Shown here: positions 51,101 through 64,000 of the stretch, piece by piece
How positions within the stretch are numbered: the first letter of the stretch is position 1
Layout of the letters: every line of letters begins with the position of its first letter
Assembly (NCBI GenBank): GCA_964276515.1
Contig: OZ193910.1
Coordinates: 310,001 to 374,000 of the forward strand
From: Gordius albopunctatus
Taxonomy: Eukaryota
Length of the DNA: 64,000 nucleotides
Direction of reading: 5' to 3'
Program-made: the position numbers and the translations under genes
Notes under the pieces: generated by a model
The model's database searches: none
What the model was told of the DNA's origin: nothing
The model's input: only the letters and a program-made list of their open reading frames with translations

Positions 51101-54100
51101 GTAGTCTATTTTTGATATTAGAGCTCATTACTTGTATGCACTAGTGTTGTAAAAATGGCTACAAAGGATTTTTGGTCTGCATTTCTCAGTCGCATAAACA
51201 GAACAAAGGTTTTTTGGTCAAACCATTGGTCTGTTAATGTTAAGTCGACTAAAACCAAAGGTCCTAAGCCCAGCAGTGATTACAATGCACTAAATTATCA
51301 ATATTATTATAGAAAAATTTAAATACGGCAATTCTAATCACGATCTGCCCCTGCTAAACCGAGCTTTGACCGCGGATTCACTGGAAAGGGAAGACTCTAC
51401 GCCTAAAGCAGAAATATTACCTCTCTGGGCTCCTATCCCAAATAAGACCCACCAGGGCAAATGTGCGTATGCAAATACTCTAGCTAATTTTTGAGATATA
51501 AAATTGTTAGGCAGATACCGGTAAATGATATTTTTTAGGCCCGGCTGAAGCTCGAATTCGTAAACTAAAATACTTAAAGCCCAACTTTTTTTTTAATTTA
51601 TTTGAAACAAATAAATTTTTGAATACAGTTTTAAGAGGTTCATATATTTCATGCTTAAAGAGATCCACGACAGGGTCTAATTTTATTAAAAAAATTGAGG
51701 TCATGGCATTAAACTTCCGTTCTTTAAGGTGGACCCAAAGTTATGGGTTCAGGCCGGGCTTCTGGCCGCCCGTGCGACTCTAGATTTGTAGGTGTCAAAT
51801 GTGAAAGTCACCATTACGTATTACTAGACATAAATCCGTTAAAAAGTTTTCTCTAGATTTTCATCCTATTATAGCAGCGATGGAAGAATTAGATGATAAC
51901 GTGAGACGATTAAGTTTGGCAGAGATTTTCGGAGAAACTCTGATGCCGAAACGTCCCGTATGCCCCGTAAAATTGAGAGATATGATCAGTAGCAACGTCA
52001 TCAGGGGACCCGGTATAATTTGCCGCCATATTAAATTGTGTAGCTATGCCCTTTAGTGATTAATTTGTTTTTTATTGCTTTATCCTTTACATCGGTCTGA
52101 GTAAAATGATTCAAATGTTTTTCCAATTTATGAATACAGAACTATATGTATACCTATATAAGATTTAAATGAAAAAAAAGGTAAGAAGTGAAATTTACTT
52201 TTAACTCCCTGGCAATGCCCTTGTTTTGTCTTTAACACGTCACGTGATAATAGGTATCGAGTCGGATTTGGTGCTACAAATTGGTAAATGGGGTAAGGGT
52301 ATCCTGGGAACTTTCAATTTTCCTATCGGGATTACGGTGTGCCCGTTTAGTAATAACATCATCATATGCGACAGTGGCAACGATAAAATCAAAATTTTTG
52401 ATCAAAATGGCAATCAGGAGGTAAATTTTTCTACTTTGATTTGGTATTATTAAAAGTTTGAAGTTTTTTACTATGCAGCTCGTAGGAAAAGCTATGTCGA
52501 GTTGGATTTAAACAACAAAATAGTATATTAATCCAAAGCCTCCTTTGTAATAGTTATAAGCGTTTTTATTTTGTAATAGCGCTTTGCCCTTTTAGGATAT
52601 TTGATTTAATTTAAAATTACTCGAAAATCGATCCTAGGTCGTGATTGGGACTTCTACGAAGGAGAGAAGGTTTACCCGACCCTCGGCGGCAGTAGTTTTG
52701 GATAACGGAAATATTTGCATCAAGGACGATTTTCGCTTACAAATTTACACCCCGACCGGCAAATTTGTACAAGCTTTTGGGGATGGCCACGTTAATAGAC
52801 CCTACGGTAAGAGAACACACATTCCATCATACAACCCAGTCCGGCCCAAATCGATCCAGGCTTGACTAGATAGAAAAGTATCTAAATTTAACAGCGGGTC
52901 GGTTTTTAGGGATTGATGGAGGTCAATACATTCTCCCGGTTGTGAAGATATTTCTGTTTATTTGAAGATTGTGTGTTAGGAGGCGTGTTGAGAGTAAACA
53001 CTGATTCTTCCATGGCATTATGTATTAGATTTTTGTAATGCTCGGAAGTCCCCCAGTATAAATTTATTGGTTAGGTATTATTGTAATGGTATACAAAAAC
53101 GCTAAATGATGGTTTTTTGAAACAGTAACAAAGATATATTAATAAAAGAGCATTAATTAGTTATAGGGTGGGGACGGCACTTGTTTCTCCAAGTCCCTCT
53201 TTGCTATAGGCACTTTCATAAAATTAATGTGACCTTTCATATATAATCACGAGTTCTTTAAGTTTGGCTCATTTTTGCGGAAAAATGTCATTTGATTATA
53301 CATGACTGAGTTAGCTTGTTTAAAAGTGTTTAGACACGTAATTTAAGTCGGGGGGATTTTATAGAAGATGTCAAGGAAGAGAGGCTTCGTCCTTTACCCA
53401 AACGGTACCATACTATCCACAAATCCCTTATTTATAAGATTTTAATGTTCCAAAAGCATTTTTGTATCGCTCTCGAGGCGGGGAAAAGCCTTTTATACAA
53501 ATTAGTTTACATTCTCGCGACATTTTAAATCATTAAGGTCTGGGGGTAACGAGACGTGGTTGGATAGTTACGTGTTGTTATACCTTCCCGGATCCTACCT
53601 TGCAATTCTACGATTCGACGACGGGCAAACTGGCTCAGCAGAGTTCGCTATATACTATATGCGGCAATTGGAGACAAGGGAGCAAGTGTCGTTTTTTAGC
53701 CGTGCACGATGATTGGATCGCTATCACAGATCTAGGTAACGTTAGGGAAACTGTGTAATTAAAACAATTCGTTGGGACATTTAACTTACAGATTATAAAA
53801 GGAATAGGAAAGTCAATATAGATAACTTTGAGTTTTATATCGACATCACGTGTAAAGAAATGACTTTTTGTGGATTTAGAGCTCTCCTTGAATTCTTAGA
53901 TTGCTCTTTATTAAGGTCAATGTATTGCGATTTTAATGATAAACAATTTTAAAAAAATTAAACGTTAAACTATAATGATTGACATTGCATGATCAGGATA
54001 TTTATGCTTGACTCTGAAGAATTTTCAAACGTTTAATCCCCTTTATGAGTTTAATGCATGTATAGAAAGTTGAGTTTTATATTGTTAATCGAGGGCTACT

Positions 54101-55324
54101 TTTTTAAGAAAGGATACCATTTTAATATAGCTCAATTTTCATCAAGGAGTTCTTGGTGTTTCACTATAGACATACAAATTTTAATTTTGTTTTTTTTCTA
54201 GCACAATAAAATGTTTACATAATGATATACCGATTTGATTCTTAAATAGTTGGTGAGAGTTGAAAATTTTTGAAAATTAGTAAGTGTATACTCGTGTTTT
54301 TCTTGCTAAATCTATTTCCATGTTCTATATCCAACATTACAACAATCCTTCCGATTGTCTATTTTAATGGCATGTTAAAATATTACTCTAAACTTTAAAA
54401 AGATTTTAAAAATGTACAATTTATTAAATCAATGGGCCATGTTCCCCTTTAATAACCGATTATATTAAAAAAGCTTCTTTCATGATATTTATTAACTTAA
54501 TGGTAAAATTAATAATTGACAACGTTTTCAACAATTGCATATCATAAACTTTGTTAAAGATTATACAAATGAGATTAATATTAATTTTGATAAAATTATT
54601 AAATCGTCAACTTTTTCAATAATTACATTTCATAACCTTTGTTAAAGGCTTATACAACAGATGAGAGCACAAAATTGGTCCACCAAGATTTCTAATATAT
54701 TTAGTAAAACAATTTAAATGTAAGTGGCCTATCCCTAGCAAAGTGTAAATGTGTATATCGTTTTTATTCTTTAAGGCAAGCACTTGGTGTACAGAGTTGA
54801 CTTCGACGGTAAACCTTTGGCCATATTCGGAGGCCATAACAACAATAACCACATAGATTTGATTGAACCATCGGGAGTGGCTATCGATAGCGAGGGCACT
54901 TTGGCCATAGCCGATTCCAAAAGCGATCGGATTCACGTGTGTTTATATTTAAATTTACTCGCATTTTTATCTCTACCTCATTTTTGATCATAACTAATAT
55001 AGCCTATAAATCTATTGCGCTGGTGTTCATAGTAGTGAATTTCTATCTATTAACTATTTTACTTTTTAAAGATGCGATATATCGTTAGCTCTATTTTTGT
55101 TTGAATAATATTACTATTTACATTGGAAAGTTATTAAAGTCTTCTTTTGTTGGCAGATTTATGATAAAGATGGAAATTATATCTGCCCCCTGAGAACAAC
55201 GAAAAATGGAAGTTTGGTATCTTTGAGTAAACCAGCTGATATGTGTTTTGGACCGGATGGGTGCTTGTACATTGTTAATCTTTTGGGCCACAATACCATG
55301 AAATTTAGATTCATTAAAGATTAG
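45101..55324 (+). CDS. TRIM-NHL-like protein (coiled coil, filamin repeat, long linker, NHL propeller; no RING or B-box), 16 coding exons, about 959 aa
   Basis: Exons 45101-45270, 45312-45468, 45569-45778, 46151-46293, 46632-46887, 48863-49180, 49793-49958, 50514-50686, 50983-51100, 51313-51462, 51857-52012, 52254-52420, 52638-52806, 53538-53735, 54776-54936, 55157-55324 give one open frame. Filamin DGRYVVQFVP..GYYTVSV..GSP; NHL repeats FNFPIGITV..IIICDSGNDKIKIF and EPSGVAIDSEG..IADSKSDRIH. Confidence 0.85.
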
Positions 55325-58300
55325 CAGCGGATGATGATAGTTGTCATACTTGTGTGTTTATATTTATCTGTTTAGTTTTTTTGAAAGCATTTTTATTAGC
55401 TGAAAAAATATAAAATAAAAAAAGTAATGTTTTTTTAAATCTTTTGAGTTATTACTTATTGCGATTAGTGATTAAACATATGAACTTGCTTTGAAAATGT
55501 TTGCTTCTTCCAATATAGTAATTGAAATGTATATGCTTATATTCTTGTTTATTTATGGGTGTAACCGACTAATATTATACTCAACTTTCAATGTAAGTTA
55601 TTATTATTATAATCCTTATGTAAAGCGTGAATTATATTGATGTTGTTTGTACAATAAAGCATTTTTAAAAGTTTTGTTTACAATTAATCTCGCTCTTTAA
55701 ATGACAAAATTATCAAGTTTGTAAACTTTTAGTGACGTGTTTAAACCTACCAAATTTATTAAAGAATTGTTTAAAGTCAAAAGTTTGATTAAGGGAGCAA
55801 TAATAAATATTCAAGGTAAGATTCTGTGTAACTGAATATTCGTCGTACACTGTTGTATAGCTTGCCAGAGTTGTGTGTTAAGTTTCGGGCTTTAGACGAG
55901 ACTGCTAAAACGTACGAATCAAACTATAAATATTTATGTATGAGATTAATGATATCCCATTTTTTACCTCATCCGGCTTCACATTTTTCGCAATATTTTA
56001 AACCCCAAGGAGTCGCCATTTTATTCCCGAGGCGCAACGCAAATAGCTAGACGTCTTTGCCACTACCAACGTCCACAAACATACGAAGGAAAGGGCGGGT
56101 ATATTTGTTAGACTATAGGCTTGCGGTTAAACGTTCTTTTTATAGTAACCGAGTCAAAATTGTATGTACAAAATATAATCACAAACTTCACTTTGCCCAA
56201 GTGTATATACTTGATGGGGGGGGGGGGGGGGACTAAATTTATTGTTTATTATTCTCGTGCACCTCTTACAAATAAGTGCTCTAGCTAGAAGGGAAAGGTT
56301 AAAGGACTTTAGCCATAATTTCGAAGAAGTAATGTGGTTTTCCATTTGATGAAGCAGACTTGAATGTCACAGAAAGGGTATGTGCCTAAAGGAGAAGAAG
56401 AAATGAACAAGTAAATGACGGACTATAATTATCCCTGTGTGCACAATTTGCGCGGTCAAAAATGTTTTTTACCTCGGAGAGGGGGAGAAAGAAGTCTTGC
56501 TTGTACTTTTTCGGGGAAAGGGTAAATATAACGTAAAAAATTGTGTTTGTTACATTAAATTTTAAGTCCTTACCCCCGCCCGCCCCCCAACTTTAGTGTC
56601 CTTTTTGAACCGTGAGATGCGCCCGCAAAAACTGCAGCAAAGTTTAGATTTGGGAAGGAGGATAGGAGCACACACAAACACGCAACAGTAGTGAATGTTA
56701 TGGAAAGAACCATTTCATCATTATGCAAATGAGGTTTGGTGGTGTTTTTGTCGCTCGCAATGATTGATACTTGCTTGGGACGGGAAAGGTAGAGAAGTGG
56801 GGAGCAGGTAGTCCGAATAGTCAGTGTTGCCAGTACAAAATCCCCCCCCCTCCCCTCTCCTGCTATCCAAGGTACAGGTATAAGGTTACCCATCATTTCA
56901 GCCACCCAAAACTCACCGAGTTTGACAAAAATTGTGAATAAATTATATTAAACTAACCCTTCCTCTGAGAAGATATTATTGCGCGTATGGAGGAAAAGTT
57001 GTACTTGGAAATATTTGTAACGTTTTCATAACATTTACCTGATTTTAGTGATTGTACAATTCTATAATCCTATAGAGTTTTACCGGTCATACATATCGTT
57101 GTTGCCTACTAATGTAATAGATTACAATGTGCAAAATACATATAATATTATTACCTCATTCATGAGTTCCAATAAAAGTGTCTTGATCAAACGAATGTTG
57201 TTAGATAACTAGTGTAGGTTTCCTAAATAAAATATTTATATATAGTTAGTATAATTTGATATATGCAACTTTGCCTCGGCTATATTATTTATGTATATTT
57301 GCCCTGGGGCGGATTAATATTAAATACTAACAAAAACCACTCTCATTCAATTTTTTGTGGACTTTTAAAAATTTGAGGTTCAAAAATTAGTAAAGGGTTT
57401 ATATTCAAATCTATTCGACTACATGTTTTTAAATTATAACAGGGAAAAGATTTTAACGGTAGAATATGGAATTGACGTTAATAAATTGATTTAATATAGA
57501 AGACAAACTAAAGCAAAATCAGTGTATCTGTTACAACCAAAACATTGAATGATATTAAATTTTGATTGTGGCTCAATTAACTTATTTAGAATTAAACATC
57601 TTTTAATTATTGATTATAGAAGTATTTTATAAGTTTTTTCTTACTCAGTCCAATGGTTGCGAATTAGGCACCTGCTTGCATATAATGAAGATCGCGCTTT
57701 AAAAATATTTCGGTGACGTCAAGTGAACCACGGTGTCTCACGTATGTGTGAGTTTGGAATGTTATCGGTTTTTTGTGGCGTGGCGTTACTAGATGTCCTC
57801 AAACCACCTCTGTGGTCAGTTTGGTCAGTTGGTTGGTTAAAGAGATGAGTCTTACAAATCGCATCATAGACGTCATGTGCAAGAGCGATTATTTGTACAG
57901 TCAGTACGGACAATTAATTAAAAATGTTAAGGTGACAAATAAATCGTCCATACTGGCCCTACAAAATGATCAACTTGATTCTCCTTTTTGCGATTTGCAC
58001 CTAGTTTGTGAGATGGATAAAGTTTATAAAATGCAAGTAGATAATTGTTCAACTGTTTTATAACTGCAACCACGGTGCTTAGTATCGAGCAACTTGGGTA
58101 GTGACCGATAGAGGGAGATTTCAAGAAAGACACCCCGACGTTGAGATGAGTTTAACAATTTAATTTTGAGCGTAGGCGAGAGAGAAGACGAGAGGGGCAA
58201 AATTTAAATTTAAATTAAAAATTTTTAAATTTAATGTCGCTCATCATCACCGCAGGACGTCTACACTATTTGGTTGTCGCGCGAGGGTGCAGTCCTATTG

Positions 58301-60065
58301 AAAGGGGGACGGGAAAAGGGGTGGGAGCATTGATGAGTAATGAATATGTGGGCACGAACTATGGGTCCCTCAATCGCGTTCATGATCTGCGAGGTATGCC
58401 TAAACAGGGCCCACAATTTGAATACAACGATAAATTAATTAGTTGACTTATGACAACCGCGAGGAGCTGCTCTGCTATTCACTCTCATTTATTGCTATAC
58501 CATTGGGGTCTATTGTGAAGTCGATCGAAAAATTAAAATCACTAAGACTTTGACAATTAATTTATATATGAGAAAAATTTAGAAATAACCGAATTGAACA
58601 TCTTACATGCACGTATATATACATGTACGTGGTTTGTATTAATGGGAAAAATTATATATGTAAAATCGGATAAAAGTTTTTGCAAAAGGCTAAAAGGGGT
58701 CGAGTTAAAAAGACAATGGATTAAAAGAAGGCTTGGGATTAAAGTCCTTTAAATATGCTATAGGGCGAAAGTTTATACAATGTCGTTTTATTTTGTGAGT
58801 TAAAGGTTGGGCGACATATCTTGACATCATCGTCCTACCCCATTTACCATTATGTCATAACTGATAGTGGTGGTTGTGGGTTAGCATAGGTCTCTACTAT
58901 TATGCGCGTTATAGCTGATATCCCAAAAACCGCAAAAATTCCTCTTGGGTCAGCAGACAGATAAAGGGTAAACACATTAGTCTATGGCTGCTGGCCTTAC
59001 AATCGCCCTCTTAATTTGCATATTTGAATTTGGGTAGATCGCCTTTTTTTAAAAATATAAAAAATTATACCGCCTGCCTGTTATGATGTGCAATGTTACC
59101 TCTGCAATGAAATAAAATAATTGTAAACACCTCGACAAAATTAGCGTCAAACCGAGTGCACGTGTTGTGATATGCCAAAACCGCGGGTAGTAATATTAAA
59201 TCTATCTAAACTTTAACTTTCCCCTCCCAAAAAATGACTGTTAGTTTGGGGCAAGAACCCCTTATTATTTGATGAGAAAAGAGAGAAGAGCTATTATGGT
59301 CGGGGTTATAAATTGCTTAAGAGACGAAAGACTACAATGTATTTTGTTCGGGTGAGCCATCTTGCTGTCGTGGAGCAAAACCGCAAAACGCATTAATTAC
59401 CTCTAAATTTTGAGGGTTAAAGGGATGCAAGAGCAAGTATAAACGTCGCTAACCACAATTACCTCGTGAAGGACATACGGGACCAGTCAAGGGTGTTGTG
59501 TAAATGTTTAAATTTTTTAATGTCACCAATATCCCTCGCTCGCTATTTGCGCTTCGGTCTCTCGACCTAGCCTTCCTTCCCCACTCAGTACCGCCATTTT
59601 TAAATTGTCATAGTAAAGGTCAATAAACTGTGGCGCTCCTTAATGATTTATCATACATTCGCACAAAACCCAATTTATACAATATAACTAGCGTTGCCGA
59701 TGGTAAAATAAGAGTATTCTTCTTATGGTGCCATGTAGAGAGACAATACCCAGGCGCGGGAGTTAAAATATATTAATTAGATGTTTTTATAAATTATGGA
59801 TGATAATACACCATGAAAAATTGTCATCTTAAAATTGCCCGTTTGGTAACATTAGTCTCGTCCTTCTTAACTTTCAATTCTTAAAACAACACATCTAGGT
59901 TTTAAATAAAAGATTAACCTTGTTTTTGCATCAATTAACAAAACTTTAAAATTGTATACGTTTGAGTATTTGGATGATAGCATCTGTACCTCTTATCAAT
60001 CCATGTTAAAATAAAATATTTTTATTAAATAAAGAAAAAATTTAGTTGAGATTTAAGAGAGGTAC

Positions 60066-61750
60066 TTTTTTTTTTGTTAAAAAGTTTATTTTCAAGAAAC
60101 AAAGTTACATTAATAAGCGAAATACAAAGATAAAGACATATTGGTTAAATACAAAGATTTATATCATTCTCTTCTAAAATGGGCCATGAGTCGGCAAATG
60201 ATTTAAAGTTGTATCGTGCAACAAGAATCCCTAGTTGTTGCCTGAGTAAAAAGGACGCAGAAATTTTAGATTTCGGGGTGCGTTTTCCGATTTCTTTAAA
60301 AAACCCCATTGCCTGTTTTCCAAAGGAACCAGAGCACGTGGCAACGACAGGGATAAAAATATTGTATGCCAAAAGGGCAGAATACTTTGTAGTTTTACGC
60401 CCTTCTTCTGTAGCGATAGGGTCGTAATTAAAATGGGAAGGTGCAAAAAGGTCAATACAAGTAAAATCCCATTTGAGGGATAGGCCATTTTGCCAGGGGA
60501 CTAGAGAAGAGCCGTCAGGGCGCATCCTACCTTCAAGAGAGGGATCTGACGGCTCAAGGATTGAGGGGATTTTGGCCTTTTTAAGGGCAGCTTGAATTAA
60601 TAAATTAGCTTTAGTGTGCCTAACGTATTTATATTTGTTTGCTAGGCAGTGTAGAGGGTGCCTAGCATATTCGTCTACAACGGTAAGGCAGTTTTGACAG
60701 TTGAATTCTCTGCTGTAACTAATCCCCAACCTTAAAGCTATGGAATATGATAGCTCAAAGTCTTCAAGCAGCATTCCCAAAAGTTTGCTGGGATAGGCTT
60801 CAAGCCACTCGTGACCGGAACCGTCAAAAGCGAGGGACCTAAGGTTGTAATGCTGGCTATCATCGCTGCTCGATAAGAGGTAATCAACGGAGCGCGATAC
60901 TAGTCCAGAATCCCAATCCTTTTGTCTCGTACTTTGAGGTTGGATGGTCTCGGGTGTGACATTCAAATTCCAAAGCTCCAAGGCTTGAGTTAGCAGGGGG
61001 TCGGAATCATGTTTTATGAGATTAAAAATTAAGTTTTGGACCGACTTAAAAGAGGAAATAAAAGCGGCTAGCGATATGCTGCCGGGGGGGCGAATTCCTA
61101 ATCCTCCAGATTTGGTTGGGAGGGATGCTTGAATCCAATTGTTAGTATTAAATTTTAAATTTAAAATTTTTTCTAATAACGTTTTTAAAAAGCCTTCGTA
61201 CGACTTTAAAACGTCTAGGTGTAAAAATGCGCCAGATGAGCGAAAACAATGATTAATCTTTGAGATGTTAAAATAGTTTTTGATTATGTAAAATGAGTGA
61301 TGCGCTGGCAAGCATTTTAAAAGTTCCGTTTTAGATTTTAAAATTTCAAGGTTCTTATGAAGAAAATTTAGGAGAGATTTTTCACCGCCAATGGGTGATC
61401 CCAAAAGGGATATGTTTTCCTTCTCTAAAACTAAAAAAGGTTTAAAAATTGGAAAGTCAATAGTGTTGGGGGCCTGAAAGATTTCACATTTTTTCGAGTT
61501 TAATGTAAGATTCAGAGTGGGTTTAAAATTGTTGATAATTTGTATAGCTTTACTGATCTCCTCCGGGCGGCCACATAGGGTGGCGTCGTCGAGATACCAA
61601 ACATTTAAATCCAGAATACACTGAGATGATATAGCCTCGACTAAATTATGAATGGCTAAACAAAACAAAGGAGGACCTAATGGGTCTCCTTGTTGGATGC
61701 CTTCGGACGAGTCAATGACGTATTCGCCGAATCGAAAGTTGCGTGTCAGT
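60066..61750 (-). mobile_element. CRE-clade non-LTR retrotransposon, 5'-truncated with uninterrupted ORF (60145-61776)
   Basis: GIQQGDPLGP, WYLDD, LLGSPIG, GGLGIR, CxxC..HxxxC, RH and RPDG..WDFT..E..K..KY motifs; poly(A) seen as a T run from about 60066; RT domains 1-3 missing. Confidence 0.93.
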
Positions 61751-64000
61751 AAATGGTTCAGTCTAATTTGGTTCATTAAGAATTATTTTAAAATATGTGA
61801 CAATTAAAAATATTGAAACAAGCTAGTTCCAAAAGAAGTTATTATAGGTGGACTAAGCAAAATGAAAGTTTTCTTTACATTGAGAATATATCCAGAACTT
61901 TTAAATAGCTATTTTAAGATTTAAAATGGATCAACATATAAAAGTATTATTATATAATAAACGTAAGATAGGTTTTTTAGTTTCAAAATACATTAGGTTA
62001 AACGACAAAATAAATTGAACTTTGTCAGTTGCAGGGATGGTGGTAAAAGCATAAGCAAGCAACTAATCAAATAACGATATTATGACGAGACGGCTAGATT
62101 TCTTTGGTTCGCCTTTGATTTTTGACTAATGAATTCAATATTTTTTGCTTCATTTTTCTTAGTCGACTACTAAGCTTAGACGGAAGTTGAAAACAGACCG
62201 GGGTAGACCGTTAGTCTGAGTTAAACCACAGTACAGTTCGACCAAACAAAAGTAGGCCCTTTTTAGAACACTAATTATGACTTTAGTTTGCGTATAAAAG
62301 TTAAAATTCTATGCGTTGAGAGCATAGAGACTAAATTATATCATTTAAAAGTTTAGAATTCTTATAACCATCCTATTAAGTATTTTTAACATTGATCCTT
62401 TATTGAAGTTAAACCTTTCGGTGTATAATAACATCATCGTAATTAATATATATTTTGCAATAGTGTTAAACATAAATAAATTCAATAGCTATTGCATCAG
62501 GTTAAAAAATGGTTATATAAAGGTAATTTAACGTATGCCTTTAACAAGTAGACAATTGAAAGTTTTAACAACACTTAGATAATAAATGATTTCACAAATT
62601 AAGGTTTAAGATAAAATATTGTTCCTCATGTTTCATAAATTTATAATTTTTGTAATATATTTTAATTCAAAATTACTCTAGTTTTTAATATGTATCAATG
62701 AAGGATTAAAACAAAGATAATAAGAGACTATAATCAAATTGTATTTCATTTTTAACAAATACATTTGGGTATTACTTTTTAAGGCATGAATAAAATTTTA
62801 TCATGAGATACTTTTTATATTTAAAATTTCTATATTATATTTAAAAATAAATTGTAAGAAAATGAAAAAGTGTTAGTAAATAATATATATAAGTCAGTTT
62901 TGATAATTGTGTGAGATAAATACCACCAAAAATGATCTTATAATCAGAATCTATTTTTTTCAGTGGCATAGACAAGTGTTGCGCTAATAAAAATATTCAG
63001 TTACATTGAGATTTGATTTTAGATGAAAACTACTTATTCTAAGACTATTAACAGATAAAATTCCGTCCCCAAAGATATTTTAAAATGAAATGACATTTAA
63101 TTCATAATTATTTTTCTAAAAAACTATTTCAATTTTTAAAATAGAAGGGAAAGATGCTAATACAATTTTAGTAGGTAATAAAGATAAAATTATAATATTA
63201 TATGAGCCTCTAACGTGAATTTTTAAATTTAATTTAGTTTAGACTCCTTGTTTTTTATTGCGAGTTTTAATACTTAAAGAGAATAACATCAGTAGATATT
63301 GATGATGTTTAGATTCAACTAAGAATTAAAAATGCTCATGGTCTGTTTACTATCAGATAATCATGACATAAAGAAAATATGGTTGGCTAGAAAGTAAGCC
63401 GGCGGATGGTTTATAAATGTGCCATATAAGCCTATGTTTAAAAAAATTACGGACCGGGCTAAGAGGAGCGTGAATAGAATTAATAGGCTCCCGCTGGGGC
63501 CTGTGCCTAACTCTAGGCCGGCCCCGGCCAGCAAAATTATTTAAATAAAGTTTTTATTTTTGTATTTTAATGTATAAGAAGATGCTTATAAAATTTTGTT
63601 AATTAATTTTACATTTCTGATTTAACCAATATAAATTTTTCATTTATTCATCGAACTTCGGATTTTTTAATAATGAGCTTTAAATTTTTAATAAGGTTGA
63701 AAATTAATTAAAAATTAATTTTTGTAATATAAATTTAGCCTTTCATAGTGTTTTTAATTATAAGTAATTTTATTGTTTAATATGTTTTAATTTAAATTAA
63801 GTTTTAAAATAATAACGTATAATTTGTCCCTCACATGCACTTGGTTGGCTATTGCCAAATAAAATAATTATAAAATAGGTATCAAATAAGAGATTTTTGC
63901 GATTTGGACTACTCTTTAAATCAACTTTTTATAATAAACGTTAGGTAATCATCCCTTTATGAAACATTCTTTTTTATTATTAGAAGCATGTCTCATATTA

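Noticed and set aside
56570..56905. 111-aa minus-strand ORF
   Set aside because: Non-ATG start, G/C homopolymer-driven composition, no recognisable domain or splice partners.

Overview
AT-rich eukaryotic (invertebrate animal) genomic DNA with very short spliceosomal introns; no rRNA, true tRNA or CRISPR array seen. Four intron-containing genes were reconstructed by hand: TIM50 (-, 11699-15738), ANKRD49 (-, 23525-24534), a CRIM1-like IGFBP/VWC/TM gene (-, 26439-33131) and a TRIM-NHL-like coiled-coil/filamin/NHL gene without RING or B-box (+, 45101-55324). There is also an intronless orphan ORF (-, 38088-39107) and a possible secreted-protein ORF at the window start. Intergenic DNA is dense with transposons: CRE-clade and RTE retrotransposons, a Ty3/Gypsy RT relic, Helitrons, Helentron-type elements, hAT MITEs with intact 8-bp TSDs and PIF-like MITEs. 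Top observations: a 4E-BP-like eIF4E-binding motif inside the NHL protein; an orphan beta-rich intronless gene just downstream of an 809-bp foldback element; two related Helitrons each joined to a CRE fragment at nearly the same position; a CRIM1 lacking antistasin repeats; and an unusually high share of AAG splice acceptors. All exon structures are manual inferences without RNA evidence.
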